Source: Calditrichia bacterium (GTDB taxonomy: Bacteria; Calditrichota; Calditrichia; RBG-13-44-9). From it: 11,970 bases of DNA. Below are positions 8,381-11,970 of this stretch, piece by piece; the first letter of the stretch is position 1; the number at the start of each line of letters is the position of its first letter. Under the pieces are notes generated by a model that was not told the origin of the DNA, made no database searches, and saw only the letters and a list, made by a program, of their open reading frames with translations. The stretch spans positions 1-11,970 of the forward strand of contig JARRQT010000030.1 in the NCBI GenBank assembly GCA_037381445.1, read 5' to 3'. A program made the translations under genes and the position numbers.

Positions 8381-8583
8381 TTTCCGGTAATTCTTAAAAC
8401 TTTAAATGATCAGTTTAAAGAAAAGCAGAACAAAATTAAAATTCAAGCAATATTTTATTTTACTATAAAGAAAGTGCGTTGGCTGCAAGGCTCTAAAGGG
8501 TCCGGTGTAAATCCCGGTCTGTTAGGCAGGGGAATAACATTAAGCTTTCCCGTATAAAAGGAAAAATATTCAATTACCGGAAA
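8381..8583. repeat. Perfect 12-bp inverted repeat pair TTTCCGGTAATT (8381-8392) / AATTACCGGAAA (8572-8583), with a third partial copy at 8544-8554
   Basis: Read directly from the sequence. GCTTTCCCGTA (8544-8554) also pairs with TACCGGAAAGC (8575-8585) with one mismatch. Confidence 0.6.
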
Positions 8584-8598
8584 GCACTAAATCGCTCC

Positions 8599-8627
8599 TT
8601 GACACAAGGGTTTCCTCACGTTATAAT
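8599..8627 (+). promoter_or_regulatory. Perfect-consensus sigma70 promoter of the cold-shock gene
   Basis: TTGACA (8599-8604), 17-nt spacer, TATAAT (8622-8627), ending 28 nt before ATG 8656. Confidence 0.85.
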
Positions 8628-8655
8628 TGAACCCAAAAAGCCGGGATGAATTGAA

Positions 8656-8859
8656 ATGGAAAAAGGTATTGTAAAAAAGTTTGACGATTACAAGGGATTC
8701 GGTTTTATCATCACCGAGGACGATGACGAAGTCTATTTTAATACCCGGGATATCCATCCAAAGTACCGCAGCCGGCCCATCAGGGAAGGTGATACGGTCG
8801 GGTTCGATCTGAAACGGGAGCACAGGGGAGACCGGGCTGTGAATATCAGGCTGCTCTGA
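8656..8859 (+). CDS. Cold-shock domain (CspA-family) protein, 67 aa, divergent
   Basis: KGIVKKFDDYKGFGFI (RNP1), EVYFN (RNP2 position), EGDTVGF, G.RAVNI; typical CSD length. Confidence 0.9.
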   Translation: MEKGIVKKFDDYKGFGFIITEDDDEVYFNTRDIHPKYRSRPIREGDTVGFDLKREHRGDRAVNIRLL

Positions 8860-8918
8860 TTTTCCGGAACTTCGTGCCTTTTCTTAATTCTATCAAAGTG
8901 ATGCTTACCATTGTTCGT

Positions 8919-9551
8919 TTACAAATCCAGGAACGTCTTTATATATTCCCACATGACCGGCAGCTTATCCAGCAGGCCGTGATCCGTGTTCAACAGGACC
9001 AGCTCGGCTCCGGAGTGATTTTTCAGATACTCCACACTGACATCGTAGGGAACAGATTCATCGCAAATGCCGTGGAGTATCTGCACCGGAAGCTGCCGGT
9101 CCATGGAAAAGTCCCTATATTTTTGGGCATCTTCCACAATTCCGTAACGCAGCCTGCGGTGTTCCTGGTAATGATATTGATAGAGATTGATGAAACCGAT
9201 TTCTTTCCATTCCCGCAACTCCGTCTTCGAAAGCTGCCCCAGATAACGATGCACAAAATCGAAGGCCGGCGCCATTAGCACCAGTCGGTCAATCCGGGAC
9301 CAGCGCTCCGCCGCTACACCTGCCAGATATCCTCCCAGACTGGATCCCAGCATGGTCACCTCACCGGGCAGGGAATCCAGCAACTTCCCGATAATGTCCA
9401 ATTGACTGGTAATGGTCAGATGCTCAAAGTCGTCCCCATTCAGATCCGGCCGGTGCAGATAGATGCCCGATTCCCCGAATTGTTTGAAGAGGAATTCACC
9501 CTTGGACGAACTGGGCCCGGAAAGAAAACCATGCAGATAAATATATTCCAA
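8919..9551 (-). CDS. YqiA/YcfP (UPF0227) family alpha/beta-hydrolase esterase, ~210 aa
   Basis: YIYLHGFLSGPSSSKG, nucleophile motif GSSLGG, L.APAF, HG..DESVP and DH (Ser-Asp-His triad). Likely start is TTG 9551, preceded by AGAAGGTG, rather than ATG 9590. Confidence 0.88.
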   Translation of the reverse strand: MEYIYLHGFLSGPSSSKGEFLFKQFGESGIYLHRPDLNGDDFEHLTITSQLDIIGKLLDSLPGEVTMLGSSLGGYLAGVAAERWSRIDRLVLMAPAFDFVHRYLGQLSKTELREWKEIGFINLYQYHYQEHRRLRYGIVEDAQKYRDFSMDRQLPVQILHGICDESVPYDVSVEYLKNHSGAELVLLNTDHGLLDKLPVMWEYIKTFLDL

Positions 9552-9627
9552 CGCTATACACCTTCTGTTATGCAAGGCAGTCCGGGGCATATGTTATAGA
9601 AATGCCCCGGACCGGCACCTGTATCTT

Positions 9628-11313
9628 TCACTTCAGCTCTTTCTGAACCGCATAAACCGGGCGAATATCAATGGGAACGTCCTGCAGACGGTTCAACGCG
9701 TCCTGGATTTCCGGCGCCAGATAGCGGTACTTCTTGATAAACTGCTGCGCGCCATTGTAATCCCCAGTCGCCTCAATCACCAGCAGATCGTGGGAAAGAT
9801 CCCGGACAGCAGCCTGTATTTTGTTCATGTCCACGCTGAATTTCTGTGAAGTGGAATCGTAAACGAAGCCGCCTTTTTCTTTGATGTAGTTGTATTCAAT
9901 GGCATTGGCGCCGCCATGGGCTTCATTAATCCCGAACCGCACACTGCGGAAGATCCCGCCCAGATAGCTGTCGTATGTCTGCCGTTCCATCGATTTGGGC
10001 AGAAACTTTTTGTCGATCAGAAACTGGGTGTTGTAAATGCCCAGAATATCCGCCTTGGCTTCCTCAATGGTGGAGTATGTCTCCTGCAATTCCTTGCTCA
10101 CCGTGGTCTCTTTTCCATTAACGGTGATGATGCCCGGTCCCAAACCGTGGGAAATTTCATGCATCAGGGTATGATTGAAATAGGCCTCGAAACTGACATA
10201 GCGCAGGTCTTCGGGCGCCATGACCTCGTTGACAATGGGAATCCAGCATTTCTGGAACTTGGCTTCCGCGATATTTTTCAGCATAACTTTTTTGCTGCCC
10301 TTGGCTTCCCGCACCCTTTCATCATTGGGCAGATTAAATGCGGTGGTCTGGATGCCGGCTTTGGTGTCGCCGGCGGTGAATACTTCCTGCACTACCACAA
10401 TGGGGGAAGAACTGCCGCGGCGAGTATTTTTATATTTATCCGGAATGGGCAGGTTCATTTCCATGGCCTGCAGGTATTTATTCACCTTTCGCAATTTTTC
10501 GCTCTCCGCCGGATCAACCAGCGTGACAAATGCTTCAAAAGACGCCTTGTATCCGAACAGCTCATCTTCATAAACTTCATAGGGCCCGATAACCACCTCA
10601 ATGGCATTGTCTTTCAGGTCCATCCAATCCATATCGCTCTGATAATAGTCATTGGACAGAAATGCTTCGGCGCGGCTGTTGAGAAATTTCTTCAGCGAGG
10701 GATCCTGCAGTGTATCGGCTGCTTTGCGCAGGTAGGCGCCGGCGATCTCCAGATTTTTCCGGTAGGCCTCGGAATAAGGAATTGCCACCAGCTTGTTGTC
10801 CCGGCGGCGAATAATGGTGTAATTGCTGGTGAACGCTTCCTCATCTTCCGGATGGTCTTTAATCCAGGCGTCAAATTCTGCCTTGGTCATATCTTCGGGA
10901 TAAAAATTGGCGCCGGCCGGTTTCGGCTGGTTCAGATTGATAAAGGGTTTGTTGTGATCCAGCCGGTCAAACGGCCCGAAGCAGATATTAAAATATTCCA
11001 GCAGGGTAGGATAATTGGGATCAGTGCCGGTCATCAGGGCTTCTTTGATGCTTTGATTTTTATCGTAAACCTGATGCAGAAAAATCGTATCCATCTTGCT
11101 GGCGGCTCGCACGAGATTGAGCAGCGCCTCCTGCTGAGAAGGCTTCAGCAGATTTTTATCGTATTTGATCTCCACCGGCGCCAGTTTATGAATCTCACCT
11201 TTGACAAAATTAATGTCGGCATAATCCTTAATCACGGATTCTTTCTGCGAACAACCCATGTAGATACCTCCTCCCAAAATCATTAATGTCAAAATTACTT
11301 TAAAGAAACGCAT
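9628..11313 (-). CDS. Peptidase family M49 (dipeptidyl peptidase III-like) zinc peptidase, probable lipoprotein, 561 aa
   Basis: GANFYP.DMTK.EF, IGPYEVYED.LFGYKASFE, AFNLPNDERVR..KGSKKVMLKN, zinc motif HEISH (10147-10161), EEAKAD (10048-10065), FRSVRFG..EAHG. Hydrophobic N-terminus ending in MGC; RBS GGAGG. Confidence 0.9.
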   Translation of the reverse strand: MRFFKVILTLMILGGGIYMGCSQKESVIKDYADINFVKGEIHKLAPVEIKYDKNLLKPSQQEALLNLVRAASKMDTIFLHQVYDKNQSIKEALMTGTDPNYPTLLEYFNICFGPFDRLDHNKPFINLNQPKPAGANFYPEDMTKAEFDAWIKDHPEDEEAFTSNYTIIRRRDNKLVAIPYSEAYRKNLEIAGAYLRKAADTLQDPSLKKFLNSRAEAFLSNDYYQSDMDWMDLKDNAIEVVIGPYEVYEDELFGYKASFEAFVTLVDPAESEKLRKVNKYLQAMEMNLPIPDKYKNTRRGSSSPIVVVQEVFTAGDTKAGIQTTAFNLPNDERVREAKGSKKVMLKNIAEAKFQKCWIPIVNEVMAPEDLRYVSFEAYFNHTLMHEISHGLGPGIITVNGKETTVSKELQETYSTIEEAKADILGIYNTQFLIDKKFLPKSMERQTYDSYLGGIFRSVRFGINEAHGGANAIEYNYIKEKGGFVYDSTSQKFSVDMNKIQAAVRDLSHDLLVIEATGDYNGAQQFIKKYRYLAPEIQDALNRLQDVPIDIRPVYAVQKELK

Positions 11314-11361
11314 TTTAACCTCCGGCTTAAATGTTAGCGTTTTGAACAGCCAAATTAATTT

Positions 11362-11886
11362 TTATTCTTTACCTGCGTTTAAAATATTCCCGGCGGCAAC
11401 TTGATTTTCAAATTTTTTGAGCAGGAAATTCTTGAGCTGATCGAAATCACTGAAAATCTCCGTTGTGCAGCCGATAACCCAGCTGCTCATGTCCCCCAGC
11501 GGAATGCATGAAACCATATACACCGGAATTTTATGCAGGTAGGCGACAGTCAGCTCTCCGTGAGTCCCCCCGCCGTTGAGAACATACTGGTCCCACAGGC
11601 AGATGATGTAGTCAACCCGTTTCAGCAGGGTAGTCAGATCGGTTTCGATGATTTTGTGCACAACCTTACGGAAGCGGGGCAGGTCGGTCGCTTTCCACTT
11701 CCGGAAATTGCGGAATTCATGGGGCGTCAATACATGGTTTTCTTCCAGGCAGGGATTGAAAACATTCTGGTTGAGTTCCTTTTCCAAAAAGAGGGAAATC
11801 TCTTCACGCCAGCTTCGCCCGGAATCGGGCGCGTTTTCAATGGCGCCGGCCAGATAGACCAGCGGCTGTTTTCCGTTCTTTCCCAT
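11362..11886 (-). CDS. Nucleoside 2-deoxyribosyltransferase-like / N-glycosidase superfamily protein, 174 aa
   Basis: VYLAGAIE, WRE, VFNP, D..(8)..D in the core strand region, GGGTHGE (GTxxE catalytic Glu) and IPVY, matching the NDT/RCL-like flavodoxin fold. Confidence 0.7.
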   Translation of the reverse strand: MGKNGKQPLVYLAGAIENAPDSGRSWREEISLFLEKELNQNVFNPCLEENHVLTPHEFRNFRKWKATDLPRFRKVVHKIIETDLTTLLKRVDYIICLWDQYVLNGGGTHGELTVAYLHKIPVYMVSCIPLGDMSSWVIGCTTEIFSDFDQLKNFLLKKFENQVAAGNILNAGKE

Positions 11887-11970
11887 GGCTGCCTGCCTTT
11901 TTCAGATCGCAACACAATTTAAGGGTTGATTCGCCGATGAGGAATAAAAAAATCATTAATTTCTGCGGAG

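Noticed and set aside
9916..11286. 456-aa plus-strand ORF
   Set aside because: It lies wholly antisense to the well-supported M49 gene, has no recognisable motifs, and is the expected codon-bias shadow ORF.
91..11922. Remaining short alternative-frame and antisense ORFs (e.g. 708..1208, 1683..2201, 2843..3301, 3880..4185, 5848..6306, 8587..8823, 8874..9278, 11533..11922)
   Set aside because: All overlap better-supported genes and show no recognisable motifs.
1..11970. CRISPR array, tRNA/rRNA, transposase/integrase or defence system
   Set aside because: I saw no regularly spaced repeats, cloverleaf or rRNA-like sequence, or recombinase/nuclease motifs. The NDT-like gene has no defence-type neighbours within the window.

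Overview
Bacterial chromosomal window with no mobile element, CRISPR array or RNA gene that I can support. The gene set, especially an HEISH-type M49 peptidase, suggests Calditrichota or a related FCB-group lineage (inference). Plus strand: 3' part of hemW, a secreted TPR protein, a conserved secreted protein of the family usually auto-annotated 'asparagine synthetase B', and yjbQ. Minus strand: a tandem pair of secreted DUF3857/transglutaminase-like genes. These are followed by a divergent cold-shock-domain gene with a perfect sigma70 promoter, and a minus-strand run of three hydrolase-type genes (nucleoside deoxyribosyltransferase-like, M49 dipeptidyl peptidase III, YqiA-like esterase). The most unusual feature is three frameshift junctions in two genes (~3221-3227, ~8098-8101, ~7651-7654). 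Each seems to lack a block of tens of codons rather than a single base, and each lies in a short palindrome or quasi-palindrome. This could be real deletion-driven gene decay or an assembly/amplification artefact; the sequence alone cannot decide. The divergent intergenic region 8276-8655 also contains inverted repeats and a riboswitch-like fragment.
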